A DNA stretch of 64,000 bases, from contig CBDCZH010000019.1 in the NCBI GenBank assembly GCA_965224485.1, positions 1 through 64,000 of the forward strand. The letters are read 5' to 3'. This DNA comes from Arcobacteraceae bacterium (GTDB lineage: Bacteria > Campylobacterota > Campylobacteria > Campylobacterales > Arcobacteraceae). Both the position numbers and the translations under genes were made by a program. Position 1 is the stretch's first letter, and every line of letters begins with the position of its first letter. The notes under the pieces are model-generated. The model was not told the origin of the DNA. It was given only the letters and a program-made list of their open reading frames with translations, and searched no databases. This document shows, piece by piece, positions 43,351 to 53,961 of this stretch.

Positions 43351-44988
43351 ATGAGTAAAATTGAAGATATCTTACTTCCAGATGTTGGTGGTGAAGAAGT
43401 AGAAATTATCGAAGTTTGTGTTAGCGCAGGTGATGGTATTGAAGAAGATGAAGCAATAATTGTTGTTGAAACAGAAAAAGCTTCTATGGATATTCCAGCT
43501 TCATATGATGGTAAAATAGTAAGTTTAAATGTAAAAGCTGGCGATAAAATTAAAGAAGGTGATCTTATTTGTTCTATGAGCAAAGAAGGTGAAGAAGAAA
43601 CTGTAGTTATTCCTAAAGATGTTGCAGCTCCTGTTGCAGTACAAGTTACGCAAGAAGCGAAAGAAGTTGCAGTTGAAGAAGCTGTAGTTACTGAAGCTTC
43701 AAGCACAGTTACAATAGAAGATATTTTAGTTCCAGATATTGGTGGAGATACTGATGTTGATGTTATTGAAATATTAGCAGAAGTTGGAGAAGTTGTTGAG
43801 TTTGAAGATGGTTTAATTACTTTAGAAACTGATAAAGCAACAATGGACGTTCCAGCTCCTTTTACTGGAAAATTAATTGAAATGATAATTAAACCAGGAG
43901 ATAAGGTATCTGAAGGTACTTTAATCGCTAGAATTGAGAAAACTACTGTAATTGAAGCTAGTACAAGTGTAGTTGCCACTAAAAGTGAAGAAAAAACTCT
44001 TACAGTTGCAACACCTGTACAAGAGAAAAAAATAGTTCAAGAAGTAAGTACAAACTCTGCTGCTTTAAGTGTAAAAGCTAGCAAAGTTTATGCTTCTCCT
44101 TCAATTAGAAGATTAGCACGAGAGTTTGGTGTTGACTTAGGTTTTGTTAAAGGTAGTGGTAGAAAAAACAGAATTTTAAAAGATGATGTAAGAGCTTATG
44201 TAAAAGAAGAGCTATCAAAACCAAGAGGTGCGACGACTAGTGGTTCAGGAATGGGATTTAACTTACCTGCTTTAAAAGAAATTGATTTCTCTAAATTTGG
44301 AGATATTGAAACCTTAGAACTTAGTAAAATTCAAAAAATTTCAGGTCCTTCTTTACATAGAAACTGGGTTTCTATGCCTCATATTACACAATTTGATGAA
44401 GCAGATATAACTGAACTAGAAAAATTTAGAAAAGAGCAAAACTTAATAGCTGATGGTTATAAAATTTCTCCTTTAGTATTTGTTATTAAAGCAGTTGCAA
44501 AAGCTTTAGAGCTTCATCCTAATTTCAATGCTTCTTTAAGCTCTGATGGAAACTCAGTTGTTTTAAAGAAATATTTTAATGTAGCAGTTGCTGTTGATAC
44601 TCCTAATGGTTTAGTAGTTCCAGTTATTAAAGATGTTAATAACAAAGGTTTTAAAGATATTTCTATTGAATTAGCACAACTTTCAAGTAAAGCTAGAGAT
44701 GGTAAACTTAAAATTGATGATATATCTGGTGCTTGTTTTACAATTTCATCTTTAGGTGGAATTGGTGGAACTAAATTTACGCCAATTATAAATGCACCTG
44801 AAGTTGCAATTTTAGGATTATCAAAATCTCAAATTCAGCCTAAGTGGAATGGTGAAACATTTGTACCAAAATTAATGTTACCTTTATCTTTATCATACGA
44901 CCATAGAGTAATTGATGGTGCTGATGGGGCAAGATTTACAACAACTTTATCACGACTATTAGGCGATATTCGTCTTCTAAGTCTTTAA
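43351..44988 (+). CDS. aceF: Dihydrolipoamide acetyltransferase E2 (two lipoyl domains)
   Basis: ETEKAS and ETDKAT lipoyl sites, ASPSIRRLARE, DHRVIDG. Confidence 0.95.
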   Translation: MSKIEDILLPDVGGEEVEIIEVCVSAGDGIEEDEAIIVVETEKASMDIPASYDGKIVSLNVKAGDKIKEGDLICSMSKEGEEETVVIPKDVAAPVAVQVTQEAKEVAVEEAVVTEASSTVTIEDILVPDIGGDTDVDVIEILAEVGEVVEFEDGLITLETDKATMDVPAPFTGKLIEMIIKPGDKVSEGTLIARIEKTTVIEASTSVVATKSEEKTLTVATPVQEKKIVQEVSTNSAALSVKASKVYASPSIRRLAREFGVDLGFVKGSGRKNRILKDDVRAYVKEELSKPRGATTSGSGMGFNLPALKEIDFSKFGDIETLELSKIQKISGPSLHRNWVSMPHITQFDEADITELEKFRKEQNLIADGYKISPLVFVIKAVAKALELHPNFNASLSSDGNSVVLKKYFNVAVAVDTPNGLVVPVIKDVNNKGFKDISIELAQLSSKARDGKLKIDDISGACFTISSLGGIGGTKFTPIINAPEVAILGLSKSQIQPKWNGETFVPKLMLPLSLSYDHRVIDGADGARFTTTLSRLLGDIRLLSL

Positions 44989-45000
44989 GAGAGGTTTTTA

Positions 45001-46437
45001 ATGAGTAAAGAAATAAAAGCACAAGTAGTAGTAATAGGAGCAGGACCTGGTGGGTACTCTGCTGCTTTTAGATGTGCAGATTTAGGTTTAGATACAGTTT
45101 TAATTGAAAGACACTCTACTTTAGGTGGAGTGTGTTTAAATGTTGGTTGTATTCCTTCAAAAGCACTTTTACATGTTGCTAAAGTAATTGAAGAAGCTGA
45201 GCATATTAATCATGCTGGTATTACATTTGCAAAACCACAGATTGATTTAAGTGGAGTTGCTGCTTATAAATCAGATATTGTAAAAAAATTAACTGATGGT
45301 TTAACTGGAATGGCAATAGCTAGAAATGTTACAGTTATTCAAGGTGTAGCTAATTTTATTGATGCTAATAATATTTTAGTTGACCATACAGATGAAGAAG
45401 GTAAGCAAAGTACAATTTCTTTTGATAATTGTATAATTGCAGCAGGATCACAAAGTTCAAAAATGTCATTTGTTCCACATGAAGATCCTCGAATTTGGGA
45501 TTCAACTAATGCTTTAGAAGTAAAAGAAGTTCCTAAAAGATTACTTGTAATGGGTGGTGGAATTATTGGACTTGAAATGGGAACAGTATATGAAAAACTA
45601 GGAAGCCAAGTAGATGTAGTTGTACGTGGTCCTCAAGTTATGACTGGAACTGATAAAGATATTGTAAAAGTTTATACAAAAGCGAATGAAAATAGATTTA
45701 ATTTTATGTTTAAAACTCAAGCAGATTCTATTGAAGCTAAAGATGATGGAATTCATATTAACTTTGTAGGAAAAAATGCACCAGAAGGTACTCAAGTTTA
45801 TGATGCTGTTTTAGTTGCTATGGGAAGAACACCAAATGGTTTAAAACTAAGTTTAGAAAAAGCTGGTGTTAATGTTGATGAAAAAGGTTTTATTAGCGTT
45901 GATGCTCAATTAAAAACAAATATTCCTAATATTTTTGCTATTGGAGATATTATTGGTCAACCTATGCTTGCACATAAAGCAGTTCATGAGGGTCATGTGG
46001 CTGCTGAAGTTATTGCAGGGCATAAGGTATTTTTTGAACCAAAACAAATTCCAGGTATTGCTTATACTTTTCCAGAAATTGCAACAGCAGGACTTAGTGA
46101 AATTGAAGCTAAAAAAGCTGGTATTAACTATGAAGTATCATCTTTTCCTTGGACTGCTTCAGGACGTGCATTAGCTGCTGATGTATCAGAAAGTGGTATG
46201 ACTAAACTTATATTTAATACAGATACTAAACAATTAATTGGTGGTGCTATTGTTGGAGATAATGCTGGTGAGCTTTTAGGTGAGATTTCACTTGCTTTAG
46301 AAATGGATTGTGATGCTGAAGATATAGCTTTAACTATTCATGCTCATCCAACTTTACATGAATCAATTGGAATGGCTGCTGAAATATTTGAAGGTAGTAT
46401 TACTGATTACCCAAATGCTAAAGCGCTTAAAAAATAG
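45001..46437 (+). CDS. lpdA: Dihydrolipoamide dehydrogenase E3
   Basis: GAGPGG, GGVCLNVGCIPSK, HAHPTLHE. Confidence 0.95.
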   Translation: MSKEIKAQVVVIGAGPGGYSAAFRCADLGLDTVLIERHSTLGGVCLNVGCIPSKALLHVAKVIEEAEHINHAGITFAKPQIDLSGVAAYKSDIVKKLTDGLTGMAIARNVTVIQGVANFIDANNILVDHTDEEGKQSTISFDNCIIAAGSQSSKMSFVPHEDPRIWDSTNALEVKEVPKRLLVMGGGIIGLEMGTVYEKLGSQVDVVVRGPQVMTGTDKDIVKVYTKANENRFNFMFKTQADSIEAKDDGIHINFVGKNAPEGTQVYDAVLVAMGRTPNGLKLSLEKAGVNVDEKGFISVDAQLKTNIPNIFAIGDIIGQPMLAHKAVHEGHVAAEVIAGHKVFFEPKQIPGIAYTFPEIATAGLSEIEAKKAGINYEVSSFPWTASGRALAADVSESGMTKLIFNTDTKQLIGGAIVGDNAGELLGEISLALEMDCDAEDIALTIHAHPTLHESIGMAAEIFEGSITDYPNAKALKK

Positions 46438-46462
46438 ATTTTATTTATTTATTTTGCATTTG

Positions 46463-46499
46463 AAAAAAGCCTGATACTTTTTTAGTATTGGGCTTTTTT
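46463..46499. terminator. Rho-independent terminator
   Basis: AAAAAAGCCTGATACT...AGTATTGGGCTTTTTT. Confidence 0.75.
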
Positions 46500-46505
46500 G
46501 GTTTA

Positions 46506-46577
46506 TAAGTTAGTATTTTTTTAGTTAGTAAGTCTGTAAGTTAGTATTTTCTTAGTTTTTAAGTTTTTAAGTTCGTA
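46506..46577. repeat. Degenerate 8-bp-period tandem repeat (TAAGTTAG/TAAGTTTT)
   Basis: TAAGTTAG-TATTTTTT-TAGTTAG-TAAGTCTG-TAAGTTAG...TAAGTTTT-TAAGTTCG. Confidence 0.55.
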
Positions 46578-46606
46578 CTATTTTAATTTTTACCTTTGTT
46601 CTTTAT

Positions 46607-47707
46607 TTAGAAGTTTTTAATTAAGTCTTCAAAAACATCTTTTAAACCCTCAACTTCTTTAACACTAGTTCTCTCACCTACTGAATGAATAGTATCATTA
46701 ATAACTCCAAATTCAATAGCTTCTATGTTAAATGCACCAAAATATCTAGCATCACTTGTTCCACCTGCTGTTGAGTGTTTAGTTGTAATGTGTAAAACTT
46801 TTTGTATTGATGTCTCCATAGCACATACAACTTTTGATTCTTTATTTGTAACAAAAGGATAAGAGCCTTGAGTAAGTTTTAAAGTATGTTTTGTATCTTT
46901 GAAATTCTTTTCTATAAATTCTTTTATATCTTCTTGTTTCGTATTTGTAGAGTTTCTTACATTAAACATCATATCAAGAGTATCAGGAGTTACATTTGTA
47001 ACTTTTGTTCCACTTCTTATATCTGTAATAATTAACTTGCTTGGTGAAAAATATTCATCCCCATTATCAAAATTATGACCTGCAATATTTTGTAAGATTG
47101 AACTTATTTGATGAATAGGATTAATTGTTTTTTCTGGATAAGCAGCATGTCCTTGTTTTCCTTGTATATGTAAATATCCATTTATACTACCACGACGCCC
47201 TACTTTTATAGCATCTCCAAAAACTTCTTCACAAGTAGGTTCTGCTACAACTGCAAAATCAGGAATAAAATCTATTTGTTTTAAATGCTCTAAGGCTTTA
47301 ATAGTTCCATAAGTACCCTCACCTTCTTCATCAGAAGTCATTAAAATACTTAAAGTTCCATCAAAACTTTTTGCATGTTTACAAGCATATAAAAAAGCGG
47401 CCAAACCACTTTTCATATCTTGTGCCCCACGTGCTGTTATAATTCCATCTATTATATTTGCCTCATATGGATCAACATCCCAACCCTTACCTTCAGGCAC
47501 TACATCTATATGTCCTGCAAAACATAAGTGCTGTTTTGTATTAGAAAATTTTTTATAATAAAATCTATTTTTAGTATCTTCTTTATCAATATTAATACAA
47601 GTCCAATCTTTGCCTAAATATGTTTCTATAAAATCAAAAGCTCCTGCATCAGAAGGAGTTATAGATTTAAATCGTAATAGTTTTTGAAAAAGCTCAATTA
47701 TTGTCAT
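46607..47707 (-). CDS. dapE: Succinyl-diaminopimelate desuccinylase
   Basis: FAGHIDVVP, RGAQDMKSG, SDEEG, GRRGS, GHAAYP, GGTSDAR. Confidence 0.95.
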   Translation of the reverse strand: MTIIELFQKLLRFKSITPSDAGAFDFIETYLGKDWTCINIDKEDTKNRFYYKKFSNTKQHLCFAGHIDVVPEGKGWDVDPYEANIIDGIITARGAQDMKSGLAAFLYACKHAKSFDGTLSILMTSDEEGEGTYGTIKALEHLKQIDFIPDFAVVAEPTCEEVFGDAIKVGRRGSINGYLHIQGKQGHAAYPEKTINPIHQISSILQNIAGHNFDNGDEYFSPSKLIITDIRSGTKVTNVTPDTLDMMFNVRNSTNTKQEDIKEFIEKNFKDTKHTLKLTQGSYPFVTNKESKVVCAMETSIQKVLHITTKHSTAGGTSDARYFGAFNIEAIEFGVINDTIHSVGERTSVKEVEGLKDVFEDLIKNF

Positions 47708-47794
47708 TACTTATCCTAGTTCTTTAATAAAATAATTGTATCAAAATAATAGTAATTTTGTTATAATAAAACACTAATAATAAAAAGGTTTTTA

Positions 47795-50665
47795 ATGAAG
47801 TTATCTAAGCTCATTCGTATTTTAGCTAGTATTATTGTTGCATATACAGTACTTGGTTTCTTTTTGATTCCTTTAGTATTACAAATAAAAACTCCCACTC
47901 TTATAAATGAAAGAATAAATAATAAAATAGCCATGTCTAAGATCTCTTTTAATCCTTATACTCTTAAATTAAAGATTTTTGATATTAATATACATAATGA
48001 AAAAGAATCACTTATTTATGTAAAAAGAGTAATAATTAATTTTTCCTTATTTAAGTCTTTACATGAGCAACATATAAGTTTTGAAGAAATTAAAATAATT
48101 GAACCCTCTTTTAATATAATACAAAATAAACAAAAAGAGATTAATATCTTATCTTTATTAAAAATTACTAAAGATGTTCAAAATGAAAAAGAGAGCGATA
48201 AAACAGATATATTTCCTTTTAAAATCACAAAAACAAGTATTATAAATGCAGATTTTAAGTTTACTAATTTTGTAAATGACAAAAAAGAGATTCTTAGTTT
48301 AAATAAATTAAATTATACTTTTTACGAGCTTGGAACATATAAAAATTCTTTAGCATCTCATAGTTTATCTACAATGATAAATAAAGATACAAAGTTAAAA
48401 ATAGATGGTGGTTTTAATTTAAACCCTTTTAGAATATATGGACAAGTAGCTATAAAAGATCTTAAACCAAGAGAGTTTATAGGTTTAAGCAAAGAAAAAA
48501 TAGATTTTGATATTTCAAATACTGCAATGGATTTAAAATTTGGATATGAATTAGATTTAAGAGAAGAATTAAAACTTAGTATCAATAATGCAAATATTCA
48601 TATACGTGATTTTTCAGCCTTTTTAAAAAAGAAAGAAATAATATCTTTTAAAACTTTTGATATAAAAAACTTAAATATTAAATATCCAGAACAAACTATA
48701 AGTATAGATGAAATAATTTTAGATAATGCAGTTCTAGTTATAGAAAAGAACAAAGATAAACTTTTAAATTTACAAGAATTATTCAAAGAAAATAAAAAGT
48801 CAAAAAAAGATGTAAAAGAAGCTCCCTTAAAAGAAGATTTTTCTTGGAAAATAAATATAAAAGATATAAAACTTAATAATAATAATATTACATACAATGA
48901 TTTAGTTAATAAATCATTTCTATCTTTAAAAAACTTAAATATGAAACTCCAAGATAGTTCATTTTTTAACAATACTTTTAAATTGAAAAATTTTGAGATA
49001 AATAATAAAAGTATTTATTTTAAGAATAAAAATAATACTATTAAAAGTAAAACTCTTAATCTAAGTATAAATGATTTAATCAATAAAAATGATACTCTTG
49101 AAGTAAAAAAAATTATTTTAGAAAATAGCGAACTTATATTTCAAGATAAACTAAATAAAACAGATATTAAATCTTCAAAAATAAAAGTTAATATTTTTGA
49201 TATACAAAAAGGTAAAAATAGTATAAGTGTAAAAAAAGTTAACTTTAGAAATAAAATTTTAGATGTTAAAATAAATGATAAAGAACTAAATATTTTAAGT
49301 AAAAATTTAAATGTTTTTATTAATAAAATATCTTATAAAAACCAATATCTAAAAATTGATAATTCATATATTTTAAAACCTTATGCCAAAATAATACTTG
49401 CAAAACAAGATAAAACACCTATATCAAAGGAAAAATTTAAGAAAAAAGGAAAAGCTTCTAGTTCTTTTTCTTTTGATATAGGGCCTTTAAAAATCAAAGA
49501 TGCAAGCTTTATTTTTGAAGATCATAATCTTTTAATACCATTTAAAACAAATATTACAAAAGTCCAAGGAAGTTTGAGTGAAATTTCATCTTTATCATCA
49601 AGACCAACAAAGATAAAAATGCAAGGAGAAGTTGACAAATATGGATATACAAATATTACTGGTTTCTTAGAATATAAAGATATAAAAGAATTAGTAAATA
49701 TGAATTTAATATTTAAAAACTTATCAATTAAAAACTTAAACCCCTACTCTTCTGAGTTTATTGGAAGAGAAATTTTAGATGGGAAATTATCCCTAGATTT
49801 AAAATATAATATAAAAAAATCAAATCTTGATGCCAAAAATTCTATTTTAATATCTAAAATAAAACTTGGAAAAAAGATTAAAAGTGAAAAAGCTTCTTCT
49901 TTACCTCTTGATTTAGGAATAGCTTTATTAGAAGACTCACAAGGTATAATTGATTTAAATTTACATATTGATGGTAATTTAGAAGATCCTAACTTCTCAC
50001 TTGGACCAATAGTATGGAAAGTTTTTACAAACCTTATAATTAATGCAGTTACCTCTCCTTTTTCTTTTTTAGCCTCTTTAATTGGTCTAGAAGGCGATGA
50101 TTTGAAAAATACTAGCTTTTTATATGGTCAAAGTATTATTCTTCCATATACAAAAGAAAAATTAGATTCTTTAAGTAAAATATTTAGAAAAAGACCAAAT
50201 ATTGTTTTATTAATTACTGCTTCTTATGATGCAAACAAAGATACTTATGCCTTAAAAAAAGAAAAATTTGAAAGTTTTTTAGATAAAGAACTTAAAAAAT
50301 CAAAGGCAAAAGATAGATATAAAGAAGTATTAGAAAATTTATATGAAGAAAATTTTGAAAATATTAAAGAAATAAGAGCTAAACATACAAAACAATATAA
50401 ACTAGATATAGAAGCTTATTTATTACAGCTAAAACTAGCTTTAATTCCTAAAGAAAAGATAGCTATAAAAACGCTTGAGAATCTAGCAAATATGAGAGTA
50501 AATAATATAATTAGCTATCTTAATGATAAAGGTGTTCAGAATAGAAGACTTATAAAAGAAGATAAAATTAAAATAATAACAGAAAAAAATCCTTTAAAAG
50601 AACTTCTTATTGATTTTGATATTGATATATTAAGTGATGAGAAACAAACAAATAAGTACTTATAA
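47795..50665 (+). CDS. DUF748/AsmA-like bridge-type envelope protein
   Basis: Y..LGFFLIP, ISFNPYTL, C-terminal LPLDLGIALLED..GIIDL....GNLEDPNFS. Confidence 0.8.
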   Translation: MKLSKLIRILASIIVAYTVLGFFLIPLVLQIKTPTLINERINNKIAMSKISFNPYTLKLKIFDINIHNEKESLIYVKRVIINFSLFKSLHEQHISFEEIKIIEPSFNIIQNKQKEINILSLLKITKDVQNEKESDKTDIFPFKITKTSIINADFKFTNFVNDKKEILSLNKLNYTFYELGTYKNSLASHSLSTMINKDTKLKIDGGFNLNPFRIYGQVAIKDLKPREFIGLSKEKIDFDISNTAMDLKFGYELDLREELKLSINNANIHIRDFSAFLKKKEIISFKTFDIKNLNIKYPEQTISIDEIILDNAVLVIEKNKDKLLNLQELFKENKKSKKDVKEAPLKEDFSWKINIKDIKLNNNNITYNDLVNKSFLSLKNLNMKLQDSSFFNNTFKLKNFEINNKSIYFKNKNNTIKSKTLNLSINDLINKNDTLEVKKIILENSELIFQDKLNKTDIKSSKIKVNIFDIQKGKNSISVKKVNFRNKILDVKINDKELNILSKNLNVFINKISYKNQYLKIDNSYILKPYAKIILAKQDKTPISKEKFKKKGKASSSFSFDIGPLKIKDASFIFEDHNLLIPFKTNITKVQGSLSEISSLSSRPTKIKMQGEVDKYGYTNITGFLEYKDIKELVNMNLIFKNLSIKNLNPYSSEFIGREILDGKLSLDLKYNIKKSNLDAKNSILISKIKLGKKIKSEKASSLPLDLGIALLEDSQGIIDLNLHIDGNLEDPNFSLGPIVWKVFTNLIINAVTSPFSFLASLIGLEGDDLKNTSFLYGQSIILPYTKEKLDSLSKIFRKRPNIVLLITASYDANKDTYALKKEKFESFLDKELKKSKAKDRYKEVLENLYEENFENIKEIRAKHTKQYKLDIEAYLLQLKLALIPKEKIAIKTLENLANMRVNNIISYLNDKGVQNRRLIKEDKIKIITEKNPLKELLIDFDIDILSDEKQTNKYL

Positions 50666-50673
50666 TTAAGTAC

Positions 50674-52875
50674 TTATAGTTTGATTATCTTAGCTCCAAA
50701 GCCACCTTGGGCTGCGTGAGCGTCACTATACGAAACAACACTTCTATGCTCATCTAAAAACTTTTTAACTGCATAAGCTAATTTTCCTGTTCCAATACCA
50801 TGGTAAACTAAAATTTCATCAAAACCTGCAATTAAAGAATCTGAAATAAACTTATCTAAATTATCAATAGCCTCATCTGATCTTTGTCCATGCAAGTCTA
50901 AATTAACATGACCAGAACTAGGTTTTGCTACACTAATGGTAACTCTTTTTTTGATTTTTGGTTTAATTTCATTTCCACTTCTTTTAAGATCACTTAATAA
51001 AACTTGTAATCTCATTCCACCATCTGTTTGAATAAAAGCTTTCTTACCTTTAATTGATAAAATTTCACCCTTGGAACTTTGATATTTAATTCTATCATTT
51101 CTTTTAAAAACAATCTCTTCTTGCACTTTAGAAACACTTATATCTTTAACTTTTTTATGTGCAAAATTTAGATGTTGATGTGATTCCTGAATTATTTTAG
51201 CCTTAATAGCTTTTTTTGCCTCACTTGTTGCATCTTTATACTCTCTGTGAAGTTTTGATTGCTCATTATATATTAAAGAGTCTAAACTATCTTTTTGGTC
51301 TCTTAAACCATGATTTAATTTATCATGCTCTTGTATTTTTTCATCTAAAAGTGCAATTTTTGTTTGATATTCTTGCTCTAACTTACTAGAACGCTCAATT
51401 AATTCATTTAACTTATCTTTATCTTCACCATATACTTCTTTTGCAAGTTTAATAACATTTTGAGGAATTCCATACCTAGATGCTGTTTCAAAAGCATATG
51501 ATTTTCCAATAGTTCCTTGCATGAAATCATAAGTTGGAACTCTATTTTTTTCATCATACAAAGCAGCTATTAGCTCAACTTCACTATTAGCAGCCATTAA
51601 AGCAGCCAATCTTTTATGATGTGTAGTTATAATCACTTTTATGTCTTTTTTAATTAACTCTTCTATAATTACTTTAAATAAAGAAGCAGCTTCATCACTA
51701 TCTGTTCCTAGTTCAATTTCATCAACTCCAACTATTACATTTTTTTTTGTAAAAAGTTTTGAGAATTCAACCATCCTACCAGCAAAAGTAGAAATATCAT
51801 TTTTAACACTTTGAGGATCATCTAAAACTGCTACAATATTTTTAAAATAAGCAATTGAAGAGTTTTTATCTGCCTTATAAGGAATTAAATACTTAGATAA
51901 TAAAACAGCAGATAAAACTGATTTTAACATCATAGTTTTTCCTCCTGCATTTACTCCTGTAATCATAATAACGGCTTTTGAAAAATCAACTGTTATTGCT
52001 TTTGCTTTATGCAAAGCTGGATGTTCAAAATCTATTAATTTATTATTTGCATTTTTATTAGGAATTATAAAATTTCTATCATCTATTTTTGCAAAAAATA
52101 GTCTTGCTTGATAGTGATCAAACCTATCAAATTCTTTATTTATATACTTTAAAAACATTAAACTTTTTTCAAAAACACCTGAAATACTTTTACATAATTT
52201 TAAAACTATTTCTTCTTGTTTATTTATCAAATCACTTTGTTTTTGCTTTAAATCATTTACACTATGAGGTAAAACATAAAAAAAGCCAGAGTTTGATCTG
52301 TTTATTACTTTTGCTTTTAAAACATGGTTAAAACCGCTACGTACTAGTAAAGTTTCTTCTGAATTAACTAAATGTACTTGCATATCTACTAAATAAGATC
52401 TAAGTTTTGAGCTATTTACAACCCTGTAAAGTGCTTGTTTTATAGACTCTTTATTTGAATAAATTGCATTTTTTATTAAATCTAAATCTTGATCGATTCC
52501 ACTTTCTAACTCACCTTTAGAGCTAAAAAAACTATTAAAGTTTTCTAATTCAGAAGGAATTATAATTTTATCAAACCATTCTTGAAGTTTTCCCTCAAAA
52601 GGAAACTTTTTTAAGTATATAAAATATCTAATAATTTTAATAATTTCAAAAATATCATCAAGTTTTAAAATACCTTGTTTTTGTAAGTGCATTAAAACAT
52701 TATCTAAATTTATTAACTTAGGTGGTTCTTTAAATGTATACTTATCTAAATCAGATATTAATTTAAAATGCAAATTAATATCTCCTTCTAGTATCATATC
52801 TTTTTGTCTTGCAAAAAGTTTTTCAAAACTTATTATATAATCTTCTAAATCTAATTTTTTAAATATTTCTTGCAT
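50674..52875 (-). CDS. mutS2: Endonuclease MutS2
   Basis: TGVNAGGKT, ISTFAGRM, DEIELGTD, TTHH, Smr domain LDLHG..HGIGTGKL. Confidence 0.92.
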   Translation of the reverse strand: MQEIFKKLDLEDYIISFEKLFARQKDMILEGDINLHFKLISDLDKYTFKEPPKLINLDNVLMHLQKQGILKLDDIFEIIKIIRYFIYLKKFPFEGKLQEWFDKIIIPSELENFNSFFSSKGELESGIDQDLDLIKNAIYSNKESIKQALYRVVNSSKLRSYLVDMQVHLVNSEETLLVRSGFNHVLKAKVINRSNSGFFYVLPHSVNDLKQKQSDLINKQEEIVLKLCKSISGVFEKSLMFLKYINKEFDRFDHYQARLFFAKIDDRNFIIPNKNANNKLIDFEHPALHKAKAITVDFSKAVIMITGVNAGGKTMMLKSVLSAVLLSKYLIPYKADKNSSIAYFKNIVAVLDDPQSVKNDISTFAGRMVEFSKLFTKKNVIVGVDEIELGTDSDEAASLFKVIIEELIKKDIKVIITTHHKRLAALMAANSEVELIAALYDEKNRVPTYDFMQGTIGKSYAFETASRYGIPQNVIKLAKEVYGEDKDKLNELIERSSKLEQEYQTKIALLDEKIQEHDKLNHGLRDQKDSLDSLIYNEQSKLHREYKDATSEAKKAIKAKIIQESHQHLNFAHKKVKDISVSKVQEEIVFKRNDRIKYQSSKGEILSIKGKKAFIQTDGGMRLQVLLSDLKRSGNEIKPKIKKRVTISVAKPSSGHVNLDLHGQRSDEAIDNLDKFISDSLIAGFDEILVYHGIGTGKLAYAVKKFLDEHRSVVSYSDAHAAQGGFGAKIIKL

Positions 52876-52880
52876 AAAAT

Positions 52881-53420
52881 TTACTTAACCTTTGGTCTAA
52901 ATACTTTAATATTTTCTTCATTACAAACTAAAAAAGGAGCATTCATTAAATCTAAACAATAAGGAATAGCAGGAAAAACTGCATCTAAACACTCTTTTAT
53001 TGATTTTGGTTTTCCAGGAAGATTAAGAATTAAAGATGAGTCTCTTAAACCAGCCGTTTGACGTGAAAGAATTGCTGTTGGAACAAATTTTAAACTAACA
53101 GCTCTCATAAGTTCACCAAAACCTGGCATCATTCTATCACATACAGCTTCTGTTGCTTCTGGAGTTACGTCTCTTTTAGCAGGACCCGTTCCGCCTGTTG
53201 TTATTACAAGTGAGCATTTTTCATTATCTACTAAATCAATCATAGCAGCTTCAATTGTACTTTGATCATCTTCAATACATCTATAAACAGGTTCCCAAGC
53301 AGATGTGATATATAAATTTAACGTATCAATAATAGCCTTACCAGATAAATCTTCATAAATACCCTTACTAGCTCTATCACTAGCTGTTATAATACCGATT
53401 TTTGCAATACTTTCACTCAT
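52881..53420 (-). CDS. mog: Molybdopterin adenylyltransferase
   Basis: SDRASKGIYEDLSG, TTGGTGPAKRDVTPEAT, NLPGKPK. Confidence 0.93.
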   Translation of the reverse strand: MSESIAKIGIITASDRASKGIYEDLSGKAIIDTLNLYITSAWEPVYRCIEDDQSTIEAAMIDLVDNEKCSLVITTGGTGPAKRDVTPEATEAVCDRMMPGFGELMRAVSLKFVPTAILSRQTAGLRDSSLILNLPGKPKSIKECLDAVFPAIPYCLDLMNAPFLVCNEENIKVFRPKVK

Positions 53421-53442
53421 TTTTTTCCTTTTATTTTCTTAC

Positions 53443-53961
53443 TTACTGTAAAATATGTCCAACATTTTTAATATAATACACACTAGCATACTTCTTAAAA
53501 AAATCACTGCTTTTACTAATATCAATTATTTTATCATCAGAACCCAAATAGACTTCTATTTTTGTTCCTTTTTTTATAAGTTTTTCTAAATCTTCTTTTT
53601 TCCATACATAAGATAATAAATGATCAAGTTCTTCATACGCTCCTTGGGTGAAATACTTTTCCACCTTTGTATCACTAGGATAACTTATGTTTTTTAAAAA
53701 CTCTTTTGTATATGATATTTTATCTTTTTTAAAAAACATCAACTGCATTCGTAAAAACTTTTTTTCTTGTATTTGAAAAAAAGCTGGAGAGAAAAGCTGT
53801 AATAAATCTACTCGTTTATTTGTAGTAAGAGCTTCTTGGAATGCTTTAATAGCACCATAAGAAAAACCAGCAAGAGTAAAGTCATTTTTAATTGCATAAT
53901 TTTTAAAAAGTTCTTCTTCATTTTGAAGAGAAAAACCAGAATAAAACTTAGAGCTCATCAA
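53443..53961 (-). CDS. bioV: Pimeloyl-ACP methyl ester esterase BioV
   Basis: FYSGFSLQNE, AGFSYGAIKA, LFSPAFF, C-terminal GH; position between the FtsH-like gene and mog. Confidence 0.75.
   Translation of the reverse strand: MMSSKFYSGFSLQNEEELFKNYAIKNDFTLAGFSYGAIKAFQEALTTNKRVDLLQLFSPAFFQIQEKKFLRMQLMFFKKDKISYTKEFLKNISYPSDTKVEKYFTQGAYEELDHLLSYVWKKEDLEKLIKKGTKIEVYLGSDDKIIDISKSSDFFKKYASVYYIKNVGHILQ

Noticed and set aside
43089..43979. 296-aa antisense ORF and other shadow ORFs (e.g. 5407-5670, 7156-7638, 31698-31973, 48598-48972)
   Set aside because: They overlap well-supported genes and show no protein motifs; they are best explained by codon bias.
40669..46437. Gamma-type aceEF-lpdA as a novel acquisition
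   Set aside because: A PDH complex of this type is already known in Arcobacter, so it is not new.
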